53,799 nt of DNA. Source: Rhizomicrobium sp. GTDB taxonomy: Bacteria > Pseudomonadota > Alphaproteobacteria > Micropepsales > Micropepsaceae. Shown piece by piece: positions 1-8,831 of this stretch. The stretch is taken from the NCBI GenBank assembly GCA_036268715.1, contig DATATP010000189.1:1-53799 (forward strand), given 5' to 3'. Position numbers and translations under genes: made by a program. The notes under the pieces were generated by a model, which had not been told where the DNA came from, searched no databases, and was given only the letters and a program-made list of their open reading frames with translations. The first letter of the stretch is position 1, and each line of letters starts with the position of its first letter.

Positions 1-1114
1 GGCCATGGCTCAGCATATAGGCCAGCGCGCGCACGAACATGCCCATCTGGCCATGGAACGCGCACATCCGGCCGAAGGGCCGGGCATTTTGCGGCAAGCC
101 GTCGCGATCCTCGACCAGCCGCAGGCCGTCCGTGTCTTGCACCAGCAGCGGCAGCGGCGCGAAGGGCGCCAGCGCAGCCGAGAGCACCACAGGCCCGGCA
201 CCCGGGCCGCCCCCGCCATGCGGGGTGGAAAACGTCTTGTGCAAATTGATATGCATCGCATCGACGCCCAGATCGCCCGGCCGCACCCGCCCCGCAATGG
301 CGTTGAAATTGGCGCCGTCGCAATAGAAATAGGCGCCCGCGTCATGCACCGCTTTGGCGATCCCGATCACCTCGCCTTCGAACAGGCCGCAAGTGTTGGG
401 ATTGGTCAGCATGATCGCCGCGACATCGGGACCGAGCTTCGCCTTCAATGCGTCGGCATCGACATGGCCGTTGCCCTTGGCGGGCACTTCGTCCACCGTG
501 AAGCCGGCAAAGGCGGCGGTGGCGGGATTGGTGCCATGCGCCGAAGCCGGCACCAGGACACGCGGCCGCGTTTCGCCCCGTGCCGCGATGGCGGCGCGGA
601 TGGCAAGCAGCCCGCATAATTCGCCATGTGCGCCGGCCTTGGGCGACATCGCCACTGCCGGCATCCCGGTCAGGCGCGTCAGCCATGTCATCAGTTGCGC
701 GATCAGCTCCAGCGCGCCCTGGACGGCAGCTTGCGGCGCCAGCGGATGAAGGTCGCCGAAGCCCGGCAGCCGCGCCATCTTCTCGTTGAGGCGCGGATTG
801 TGCTTCATGGTGCAGGAGCCGAGCGGATAAAGGCCGGCATCGATCGCATAATTCATCCGCGACAGCCGCACATAATGGCGGATCACTTCCGGCTCGCTGA
901 GACCTGGCAGGCCGATGGCGCCCCGGCGGCGTTGTCCGCCCAGCCGTGTATCGGAAATCTGCGTCTCGGGGAGATCGACCCCGACCGCCCCGTGATCCAG
1001 TTCGAAGATCAGCTTCTCATCATGGTCGAGACCATGATCGCCGGAAATGGTGGCGATGGCGCCCAGTCCTTGCGCGCCCGCGGCGGTGGGGCGGCCCTGG
1101 TTGTTCATGGTCAC
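1..1114 (-). CDS. gcvPB: Glycine dehydrogenase (decarboxylating) subunit 2, 3' end outside the window
   Basis: Not in the ORF track because it runs off the edge. Manual translation from GTG 1114 (or ATG 1108), overlapping the gcvPA stop, gives [36 protein letters not shown] and the PLP-lysine motif [18 protein letters not shown]. Confidence 0.95.
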   Translation of the reverse strand, partial: MTMNNQGRPTAAGAQGLGAIATISGDHGLDHDEKLIFELDHGAVGVDLPETQISDTRLGGQRRRGAIGLPGLSEPEVIRHYVRLSRMNYAIDAGLYPLGSCTMKHNPRLNEKMARLPGFGDLHPLAPQAAVQGALELIAQLMTWLTRLTGMPAVAMSPKAGAHGELCGLLAIRAAIAARGETRPRVLVPASAHGTNPATAAFAGFTVDEVPAKGNGHVDADALKAKLGPDVAAIMLTNPNTCGLFEGEVIGIAKAVHDAGAYFYCDGANFNAIAGRVRPGDLGVDAMHINLHKTFSTPHGGGGPGAGPVVLSAALAPFAPLPLLVQDTDGLRLVEDRDGLPQNARPFGRMCAFHGQMGMFVRALAYMLSHG

Positions 1115-2457
1115 GACAGGACCTCCTCGAGCGCCGAAGCCAGGGCGGCGAAATCTTCGTCGCTGCTGGTTTCGGTCGCAGCCAGAATCAGCAAATTCTC
1201 CGCTGCCTTTTCCCGGGGCATCAGGCGCGAGGCGGGCACGCCGGCCAGGATGCCGCGCGCCGCCAATACATCCACGACCGGCGCAGCCGGCCCGGGCAGT
1301 TTCACGGTGAACTCGTTGAAGAAAGAAGGCGTCATCAGTTCGACGCCGGCAAGCTTCGCCAGCCGGTCCGCCAGCGCCGACGCCTTGGCGTGATTGAGCC
1401 GCGCCAGCCGCACCAAGCCCTCCTCGCCCAAGAGCGACAGATGGATGGTGAAAGCCAGAGTGCACAGGCCGGAATTGGTGCAGATGTTGCTGGTCGCCTT
1501 TTCCCGGCGGATATGCTGCTCGCGGGTGGAAAGCGTCAGCACAAAGCCACGCCGTCCTTCCGCATCCACCGTCTCGCCGGTCAGCCGGCCGGGCATCTGG
1601 CGGACAAATTTCTTGCGCGTGGCGAACAGGCCGACATAGGGACCGCCAAAATTAAGGCCGTTACCGATGCTTTGGCCTTCCGCGGCCACGATGTCGGCGC
1701 CCTGGGCACCGGGCGGCTCGAGCAACCCCAGCGACACGATCTCGGTCACCACGGCGATCAGCAGCGCGCCCTTGGCGTGAGCCGCTTCGGCGAGTGGCTT
1801 TAGATCGCGGATCAGCCCGAACACATCCGGACTCTGCACCACGACACAGGCGGTTTCCTCGTCGATCAGCGCGACGATATCCTCCGCCTTGCCGGGCGCG
1901 ACAGGCGCGCGCCTCACCTGTCCCGACAATCCTGCGACGGTTTCCACCGTTTCGGCATAGTGTGGATGCAATCCGCCCGACAAAACCGCCTTGCCGCGTT
2001 TCGTCAGGCGCTGGGCCATCAGCACCGCTTCGGCCGTTGCGGTCGATCCGTCATAAAGCGAGGCGTTCGCCACCTCCATTCCGGTCAGGAGCGCGACCTG
2101 GGTCTGGAATTCGAACAGATATTGCAGCGTGCCTTGTGCGATCTCGGGCTGATAGGGCGTATAGGAAGTGAGGAATTCCGAACGCTGGATCAGATGATCC
2201 ACCGCCGCAGGCACATGATGCTTGTAGGCACCCGCGCCGCAGAAGAAAGGCGCCGCCCCCGCCGCGATATTCTTCGCCGCGAGCCGCGTCAGGGCACGTT
2301 CCACCTCCAGCTCGCCCTGCGTGTCCGGCAGATCGAAAACCGAAAGACCGGCCCGGGCCGGTTTCGGTACGTCGCGGTACAACGCATCGATATCGGGGAC
2401 GCCGATCCTTGCCAGCATGGCGCGACGATCGTCCGGCGTAAGAGGCAGATAACGCAT
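1111..2457 (-). CDS. gcvPA: Glycine dehydrogenase (decarboxylating) subunit 1
   Basis: MRYLP start, [45 protein letters not shown]; position in gcv operon. Confidence 0.96.
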   Translation of the reverse strand: MRYLPLTPDDRRAMLARIGVPDIDALYRDVPKPARAGLSVFDLPDTQGELEVERALTRLAAKNIAAGAAPFFCGAGAYKHHVPAAVDHLIQRSEFLTSYTPYQPEIAQGTLQYLFEFQTQVALLTGMEVANASLYDGSTATAEAVLMAQRLTKRGKAVLSGGLHPHYAETVETVAGLSGQVRRAPVAPGKAEDIVALIDEETACVVVQSPDVFGLIRDLKPLAEAAHAKGALLIAVVTEIVSLGLLEPPGAQGADIVAAEGQSIGNGLNFGGPYVGLFATRKKFVRQMPGRLTGETVDAEGRRGFVLTLSTREQHIRREKATSNICTNSGLCTLAFTIHLSLLGEEGLVRLARLNHAKASALADRLAKLAGVELMTPSFFNEFTVKLPGPAAPVVDVLAARGILAGVPASRLMPREKAAENLLILAATETSSDEDFAALASALEEVLS

Positions 2458-2460
2458 GGA

Positions 2461-2835
2461 TCAAAGGCCTTTCACGAAGGCGTCATAGGCGTTCCTGTCC
2501 ATCAGCTTGGCGAATTCGGCCTTGTCGGAAAGCTTCATTCGGAAGAACCAGCCCTCGCCTTCGGGGTCGGCATTCACCTTCGAGGGATCGGCCGCCAGCG
2601 CTTCGTTCGCCGCTGTCACCTCTCCGCCTGCAGGCGCATAGACCTCGCTCGCTGCCTTGACACTCTCCACCACCGCCGCCTCGCCGCCCGCCGCGACCTT
2701 CTTTCCCGGCGGCGGCAGTTCGACATAGACGACATCGCCCAACTGTTCGGCGGCGAATTTGGTGATGCCGATGGTGGCGACATCGCCGTCCAGACGAACC
2801 CATTCGTGCTGATCGGTGTAACGGACTTCGCTCAT
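2461..2835 (-). CDS. gcvH: Glycine cleavage system H protein
   Basis: [17 protein letters not shown], lipoyl-lysine motif [13 protein letters not shown]. Confidence 0.97.
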   Translation of the reverse strand: MSEVRYTDQHEWVRLDGDVATIGITKFAAEQLGDVVYVELPPPGKKVAAGGEAAVVESVKAASEVYAPAGGEVTAANEALAADPSKVNADPEGEGWFFRMKLSDKAEFAKLMDRNAYDAFVKGL

Positions 2836-2844
2836 GAAAATCTC

Positions 2845-3963
2845 CTAGATGGCACGGCGATAATGATGGGGAACGAACGGCATGGGTGCGACGGCTGCTG
2901 GCAGCGCGTTGCCGCGCACCATCAGATCGAGCTTGGTGCCGTCGGCGGAGTAAGCGGTCTCGACATAGCCCATCGCGACCGGCGCGTTGAGGCTGGGGCC
3001 GAAACCGCCCGACGTGATCCGGCCGATCACGCGGCCGTCGGCAACGATATCCGCGCCCTCGCGCGCCGGCGCCCGACCTTGCGGAAGGATGCCCACGCGC
3101 TTGCGGGGTGTGCCGTTGAACAGCGCGTTCATGATCTTGTCGGCCGCAAGAAAATCCCTGTCCAGCTTGCGGCGCTTGCCGATGGCCCACACAAGATTGG
3201 CCTCCACCGGATCGGTGGTCTCGTCGATGTCATGGCCGTATAGGCAAAGCCCGGCTTCCAGCCGCAGCGAATCCCGCGCGCCCAGGCCGATGGGAAGAAC
3301 TTCGTGTTCCGATAGCAACGCGCGTGCGACGCGCTCGGCATCTGCCGCATCGAGCGAAATCTCGAACCCGTCTTCGCCGGTATAGCCTGTGCGGCTAACG
3401 ATGGCGGGGGCGCCCGCGACGGTCGCGCGGGTGGCACGCATGAAGTTCAGCTTGCCAATGCCGGGCGAATGGCGCTCCAACACGTCTTCCGCCAGCGGCC
3501 CCTGCAACGCCAGCAAGGCGCGGTCCGGGCAGGGCGACAATCGCGCCTGACCCGCCAGACGCTCGGCCATATAGGCGAAATCGGCATCCTTGGTCGCGGC
3601 ATTGACCACCAGATAAAGCGCCGCTTCCCCGGCCAGGCGGGTGGTCATGAAATCGTCTTTGATGCCGCCCGTGCCGTTGAGCAGCAGGCCGTAGCGCTGG
3701 GCGCCCTCGCGAAGGCCGGTCAGGTCGGCGGGTGTCAGCCGCTCCAGAGCGCGCGCCGGGTCGGGTCCGGACAGGAATGCCTGCCCCATATGCGAAACAT
3801 CGAACAACCCCGCCTTGGCGCGGGCATGCAGATGTTCGCGCAAGATCCCCGCCGGGTACTGCACCGGCATCTCATAGCCGGCGAAAGGCACCATCTTGCC
3901 GCCCAGCGCGACATGCAGATCGTGAAGGGGGGTGCGGCGCAGAGTTTCGGTCGATACGGTCAT
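2845..3963 (-). CDS. gcvT: Glycine cleavage system aminomethyltransferase T
   Basis: TPLHDLH, MVPFAGYEMPVQY, LFDVSHMG, SRTGYTGEDGFEI, GLGARDSLRLEAG. Confidence 0.97.
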   Translation of the reverse strand: MTVSTETLRRTPLHDLHVALGGKMVPFAGYEMPVQYPAGILREHLHARAKAGLFDVSHMGQAFLSGPDPARALERLTPADLTGLREGAQRYGLLLNGTGGIKDDFMTTRLAGEAALYLVVNAATKDADFAYMAERLAGQARLSPCPDRALLALQGPLAEDVLERHSPGIGKLNFMRATRATVAGAPAIVSRTGYTGEDGFEISLDAADAERVARALLSEHEVLPIGLGARDSLRLEAGLCLYGHDIDETTDPVEANLVWAIGKRRKLDRDFLAADKIMNALFNGTPRKRVGILPQGRAPAREGADIVADGRVIGRITSGGFGPSLNAPVAMGYVETAYSADGTKLDLMVRGNALPAAVAPMPFVPHHYRRAI

Positions 3964-4004
3964 AACGGTCCTGACAAATACGGGGTCCCACGCAGGAAAA
4001 GCGC

Positions 4005-4206
4005 GGCCCCGTCTGTCATTGGACCTGAGAGATTTCCCCGTCCCGCCTTCGTTGCAAAAGCGTTGCGGATTACCCCTTCGGTGGAAACGGCAAAGTGCGC
4101 CGTTCCGCTTTCCAGAAGATCATCTCCTTCGCGGTCCTTTTGCCTGAGAGTTTCCGGGGTGGTTGCTCCTTCGGCGACTCTTGCGAGCGCTCTCCCGCGA
4201 GGGATC
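4005..4206 (-). ncRNA. Tandem glycine riboswitch (two aptamers); boundaries approximate
   Basis: Minus strand reads GGAGAG...CGCCGAAGGAGCAA...AAACTCTCAGGCAAAAGGACCG then TCTGGAAAG...CACCGAAGGGGTAA...AATCTCTCAGGT...GACAGA, two copies of the glycine aptamer core, directly upstream of gcvT. Confidence 0.93.
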
Positions 4207-4312
4207 TTGTGCTGGCCAGGCCCGCGCGCCTCCCGGCGGGCGAACCCGTTAGGGGCATTGTAGGGGCGGCACGGGGGGAGTCAACGCGGCCGCGGCATGG
4301 CCCTGAAACTAC

Positions 4313-6088
4313 TCACATTCTTTCCGGCACCTCGATGCCGAGCAGATCGAGAAGCTTGGTCAGGACCGCCAGCACCAGCTCGCACAGATGCAGGCGGGCG
4401 GCGCGCAGGGCCGGATTTGTCTCGTTCAGCACATGATGCTCGGCATAGAAGCGGCTGAACTTCTGGGCCAGGTCGAAGGCATAGTCGCACAGCATGTTGG
4501 GGGCGCGCTTGTCCTCCGTCCCCGCCATCGCCTCGGGCAGCGCCAGCAATTGCAGGATCACGGCCCGCTCTTCCGGCGAGCGCATGATGGCGCGTTCCGA
4601 GTGAAGGTCTTCCGGTTTCAGCTTGCGCAGGATCGAACGAATGCGCACCGCGGCATATTGCAGATAGGGGCCAGTCTTGCCTTCGAAGCGGGAGAAACGC
4701 TCCAGATCGAAAATATAATCGGTGGTGCGATGATTGGAGAGATCGGCGAATTTGATAGTGGCGATGCCGACCTTGCGCGCGATGGCAGCGCGTTCCTCCG
4801 CGCCGATGGTCTCATCCAGTCCCTGTTCGCCAAGCCGCTTCTCGGCTTCTGCCGTTGCCATCCCGATCAGGTCGTGCAGCTTCATCACCCCGCCCGCGCG
4901 GGTCTTGAACGGCTTGCCATCCGCTCCGTTCATCGTGCCATAGCCGACGTGTTCCAGCGCGGCTTTCCCGGCGAGATCGGCCAGCTGCGCGGCGCGGAAT
5001 ACCTGCTCGAAATGGCCATGCTGGCGGTGATCGACCACATAGAGGATCAAATCGGGGTTCTGCTCGCGAACCCGCTCGATGATAGTGGCGAGGTCGGTGG
5101 TGCCGTACAGCACTCCCCCTTCGGATTTCACCAGGATCAGCGGCGGCATGGGTTTCTTGTCGTCGTCGCGCGCCACCCGCACCACCAGCGCGCCCTCGCT
5201 CAATTCCGCCAGGCCGCGCCGCTTGAGGTCTTCGATCATCGGTGGGATCAGCACATCGACGCTGGATTCGCCCTTCCACAGATCGAATGCCACGCCAAGA
5301 CTGGCAAATTCGCGGCTGAGGCCGGCTTCTGACACTTGCACGAAATGCCGCCACAGCGCGCGATAGCCGGGACGGCCCGCCTGCAAATCGACCGTCGCGC
5401 GGCGCGCCGCCTCCAACCTTTCCGGATCGGTCTTGCACGCCGCGGCGGCTCGCGGATAAAGCGTTTCCAGCTCGTCCATCGTGACCGGCGATTCTTGCGG
5501 ATAGGGACCGACGTAATTCATGTCGAAATAGATCGGGGCCAGGCCCTCCGCCTCGATCTCGGAAATGAGCTGGCCCATCTGCAGGCCCCAATCGCCCAGA
5601 TGCACATCGCTCACCACCCGCCAGTCGTTGGCGCGCAATAGCCGTTGCAAGCAGTCGCCGATGATCGAGGAGCGCAGGTGCCCCACATGCATCGGCTTGG
5701 CGATGTTGGGTCCGCCGAAATCGATCACCACCGTCTTGCCCGTTCCGGTGGCGGGCGCGCCCAGGCGCGCATCCCGCGCCATCGTCTCCACACGCCCGGC
5801 AAGCGTCTCGTCGGCAACATCGAGATTGATGAAGCCGGGCCCGGCGATCTCGATTCGGGCGAATAGGGGATGGACCTTCAGCCGGGCCGCGATCTTCTCG
5901 GCAATGGCGCGCGGATTGGCTTTTACCTGTTTTGCCGCCGCCAGCGCACCGTTGCACTGGAATTGCGCCAGGTCGGGCCGGTCCGACACTTGCACCTGGC
6001 CGAAAGATTCCGGCAAGCCCTCGGCGGCGAAAGCCGCGCCGGCGAGGCGCGACAGCGCCGTCGCCAAGGAACCGGCCTGCGCGGTCAT
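4313..6088 (-). CDS. argS: Arginine--tRNA ligase
   Basis: AGPGFINL, PNIAKPMHVGHLRS (HIGH motif), GDWGLQMG, KPFKTRAG, GPYLQYAAVRIRSI, C-terminal LGIEVPERM. Confidence 0.96.
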   Translation of the reverse strand: MTAQAGSLATALSRLAGAAFAAEGLPESFGQVQVSDRPDLAQFQCNGALAAAKQVKANPRAIAEKIAARLKVHPLFARIEIAGPGFINLDVADETLAGRVETMARDARLGAPATGTGKTVVIDFGGPNIAKPMHVGHLRSSIIGDCLQRLLRANDWRVVSDVHLGDWGLQMGQLISEIEAEGLAPIYFDMNYVGPYPQESPVTMDELETLYPRAAAACKTDPERLEAARRATVDLQAGRPGYRALWRHFVQVSEAGLSREFASLGVAFDLWKGESSVDVLIPPMIEDLKRRGLAELSEGALVVRVARDDDKKPMPPLILVKSEGGVLYGTTDLATIIERVREQNPDLILYVVDHRQHGHFEQVFRAAQLADLAGKAALEHVGYGTMNGADGKPFKTRAGGVMKLHDLIGMATAEAEKRLGEQGLDETIGAEERAAIARKVGIATIKFADLSNHRTTDYIFDLERFSRFEGKTGPYLQYAAVRIRSILRKLKPEDLHSERAIMRSPEERAVILQLLALPEAMAGTEDKRAPNMLCDYAFDLAQKFSRFYAEHHVLNETNPALRAARLHLCELVLAVLTKLLDLLGIEVPERM

Positions 6089-6639
6089 GGGGCGTAACGG
6101 CCCATCTTCTGGTTATAGGCGATCTGGGCGGAAGTCAGCTGCAATCCCGCGGTCAACTGATAATCCCAGGGCAGATGGCCATTGCCGAGATGGATCTGCA
6201 CATCGTCGGGGGAAAGAGTGAAAGTTGCGACGGACGCGCCGGGGGCAAAGGAAAAGCGGGCGGTGTAGAGCCGCTTGTTGACCACCCGCGCCGCCATGGT
6301 CACGGCCACGAAATAGGGCACCGAATAAGTCGCGCCGTCGGCGCTGGGTGCCCGCTCGGCCCGAAAAGTAAGATTCAGGGACGAATCGGTTTCGCCCTTG
6401 CGCCGGTCGAGAGTGCACTCTGTGGTCGCATTGAACAGCGCGACTCGATAAAGCTCCCCCGAAGGATCGGCCGGAGCCCCGGGGCGCATCACCGTCGCGT
6501 GATCGGTATCGGCCAGGATCGCGGAATAGGGACAAGCATTGGGATTGGGCGTGGAGCAGCCCGCCAGCAAGGCAAGGGCGCCCATTGCCGCAATGCTGCG
6601 CAATAGAAAACGGGGGACGTGTTCAGGTTTTTCCAGCAC
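6085..6639 (-). CDS. Conserved hypothetical lipoprotein
   Basis: Lipobox LLAG-C, further Cys (ACP, TEC), PYFVAV motif; stop overlaps argS start (ATGA). Start codon uncertain. Confidence 0.75.
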   Translation of the reverse strand: MLEKPEHVPRFLLRSIAAMGALALLAGCSTPNPNACPYSAILADTDHATVMRPGAPADPSGELYRVALFNATTECTLDRRKGETDSSLNLTFRAERAPSADGATYSVPYFVAVTMAARVVNKRLYTARFSFAPGASVATFTLSPDDVQIHLGNGHLPWDYQLTAGLQLTSAQIAYNQKMGRYAP

Positions 6640-6799
6640 GGGAGCGCTTGACTTTCGGCGGCCTTAATCGGACTTCTGCGACGGCCTTTAACCGGGCAAG
6701 GGACTTTAGCCAAGCGGATTTGGAATGGGAAGCAAAAGCGGCTGAAACCGTCCAAGGTTTTCAACGCTTCTGCTTTTGTAAGGCCTGAACTGAGCATCC

Positions 6800-7762
6800 A
6801 TGGCGGTATACACCGAAGTAACCTTCGAGGACCTGGAAGGGCTTCTCACCCAGTATGACATCGGCACGCCGCTGTCCTTCAAGGGCATCGCCGAGGGGGT
6901 GGAAAACTCCAATTTCTATCTCCAGACCGATCGCGGCGCTTTCATCCTCACCCTCTATGAAAAGCGGGTGGCGATGGGCGATCTGCCCTTCTATCTGGGA
7001 TTGATGAATCACCTGGCTGCGCAAGGCATCGTCTGCCCACAGGCGGTGCCGACCCGTAACGGACGGCAGTCGGTCACCCTCAACGGCCGGGCTGCGGCGA
7101 TCGTCACCTTTCTCACCGGCATTTCGCTGCGCCGGCCCCATGTCGAGCACTGTGCCGCGGCCGGAGCGGTGCTGGCCCGGCTGCACCGGGCCGGCGAGGG
7201 TTTCGCCATCACGCGAGAGAATGCGTTGGGCCCCAAGGGATGGCGTCCGCTGTCTAAGGCCATCGACAGCCGCGCCGACACTGTCGAGGACGGGATGCGC
7301 AGGCTGATCGACACGGCGCTGGCCGATCTGGAGCGCGACTGGCCGAGCGGCCTTCCCACCGGCGTCATCCATGCCGATTACTTTCCCGACAATGTGCTGT
7401 TCATGCACGATCAGGTCTCCGGCGTGATCGATTTCTATTTCGCCTGCAACGACATGTTCGCCTATGACCTGTCGGTGATGCTGAACAGTTGGTGCTTCGA
7501 GATGGACGGCTCCTACAATATCACCAAAGGCCGGGCGCTGCTGTCGGGCTATCGCACCATCCGGCCGTTCAGCGTTGACGAAACCGAGGCCCTGCCCGTC
7601 CTAATGCGTGGCTCGGCGCTGCGCTTCCTGCTGACGCGGCTATATGACTGGCTCAATCCGGACCCGAACGCCTTGGTACGGCCCAAGGACCCGCGGGAAT
7701 ATTCCAAGAAGCTGCGCTTCCACCGCCAGGTGAAGCATGCGGGAGAATATGAGTTCACATGA
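6800..7762 (+). CDS. thrB: Homoserine kinase (type II, APH-like)
   Basis: MAVYT start, [47 protein letters not shown]. Confidence 0.93.
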   Translation: MAVYTEVTFEDLEGLLTQYDIGTPLSFKGIAEGVENSNFYLQTDRGAFILTLYEKRVAMGDLPFYLGLMNHLAAQGIVCPQAVPTRNGRQSVTLNGRAAAIVTFLTGISLRRPHVEHCAAAGAVLARLHRAGEGFAITRENALGPKGWRPLSKAIDSRADTVEDGMRRLIDTALADLERDWPSGLPTGVIHADYFPDNVLFMHDQVSGVIDFYFACNDMFAYDLSVMLNSWCFEMDGSYNITKGRALLSGYRTIRPFSVDETEALPVLMRGSALRFLLTRLYDWLNPDPNALVRPKDPREYSKKLRFHRQVKHAGEYEFT

Positions 7763-8223
7763 CGCCGACTCCGCGCATCCGCCGCGCGACCGAAACGAAA
7801 GTGGAGATATTCACCGATGGCGCCTGTTCGGGAAATCCTGGACCTGGCGGTTGGGCCGCAATCCTCAGGAGCGGCGCACACGAGCTGGAGCTGGCGGGCG
7901 GCGAACGCGCCACCACCAACAATCGCATGGAACTGATGGCCGCGATCGAGGGGCTGAAGGCGCTGAAACGTGCCTCCGCCGTCATCCTGCATACAGATTC
8001 ACGCTATGTGATGGACGGCGCGTCGAAATGGCTTGCAGGCTGGAAGAAGAATGGCTGGAAGACCGCCGACAAAAAGCCGGTCAAGAACGAGGATTTGTGG
8101 CGCGCACTGGAGGCGGCGATGGCGGGCCACAGGATGGAGTGGCGTTGGGTGCGGGGCCATTCCGGCCATGTGGAGAATGAGCGCGCCGATGTTCTGGCGC
8201 GCGGTGCCATTCCGGGACCGTAA
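7759..8223 (+). CDS. rnhA: Ribonuclease HI
   Basis: [50 protein letters not shown]. Confidence 0.97.
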   Translation: MTPTPRIRRATETKVEIFTDGACSGNPGPGGWAAILRSGAHELELAGGERATTNNRMELMAAIEGLKALKRASAVILHTDSRYVMDGASKWLAGWKKNGWKTADKKPVKNEDLWRALEAAMAGHRMEWRWVRGHSGHVENERADVLARGAIPGP

Positions 8224-8225
8224 TC

Positions 8226-8274
8226 GACCTCGCCCCGAGCTTGTCGGAGGGTGAGCGTGCCCGAGGGCGAGGTC
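8226..8274. repeat. REP-like palindromic element between convergent rnhA and peroxiredoxin genes
   Basis: Perfect 10-bp inverted repeat GACCTCGCCC (8226-8235)/GGGCGAGGTC (8265-8274) enclosing CGAGCTTGTCGGAGGGTGAG; related copy at 30053-30078. Confidence 0.7.
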
Positions 8275-8279
8275 TCGCG

Positions 8280-8765
8280 TCAGGGCAGGTCCGCCAGCAT
8301 ATATTCCGCGCTGGAAACTTCGAACGCTGCGGGCTGCTCGACATTGAGCGATTTCACCACCCCGTTATCGACGACCATCGAATAGCGCTGGCTGCGCTTG
8401 CCCATGCCGAATTTGGTGCCGTCCATCTCAAGGCCCACGGCGCGGGTGAAATCGCCATTGCCATCGGCCAGCATGCGCACCTTGCCTTCGGATTTCTGGT
8501 CCTTGCCCCAGGCGCCCATCACGAAGGCGTCGTTGACCGAGACGCAGGCGATGGTATCGACGCCCTTGGCCTTCAGCGCCGCCTCATTCTGAACGAATCC
8601 CGGCACATGCTTGGCCGAGCAGGTCGGGGTGAAGGCACCGGGTAGCGCGAACAGCGCCACTTTTTTGCCGGCGAACAAGCTGTCGCTGGAGACCGGCGTG
8701 GGCTTGCCGTCCTGCATTTCCATGAATGTGGCGGACGGAACCTTGTCGCCGACCTTGATCGTCAT
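8280..8765 (-). CDS. Peroxiredoxin (Prx5/type II)
   Basis: LPGAFTPTCSAKHVPG, VSVNDAFVMGAW, LADGNGDFT, RSQRYSM. Confidence 0.93.
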   Translation of the reverse strand: MTIKVGDKVPSATFMEMQDGKPTPVSSDSLFAGKKVALFALPGAFTPTCSAKHVPGFVQNEAALKAKGVDTIACVSVNDAFVMGAWGKDQKSEGKVRMLADGNGDFTRAVGLEMDGTKFGMGKRSQRYSMVVDNGVVKSLNVEQPAAFEVSSAEYMLADLP

Positions 8766-8831
8766 TCGTCGTCTCCGCTCTTGAGGTGACGGACTCTAAC
8801 CAAGAGGCGCCCCGGCCGCCAGTGGCCCGGT

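Noticed and set aside
1299-1312. GTTTCACGGTGAAC resembling parS
   Set aside because: Spacing and symmetry do not match GTTTCACGTGAAAC; it lies within gcvPA and is explained by codons.
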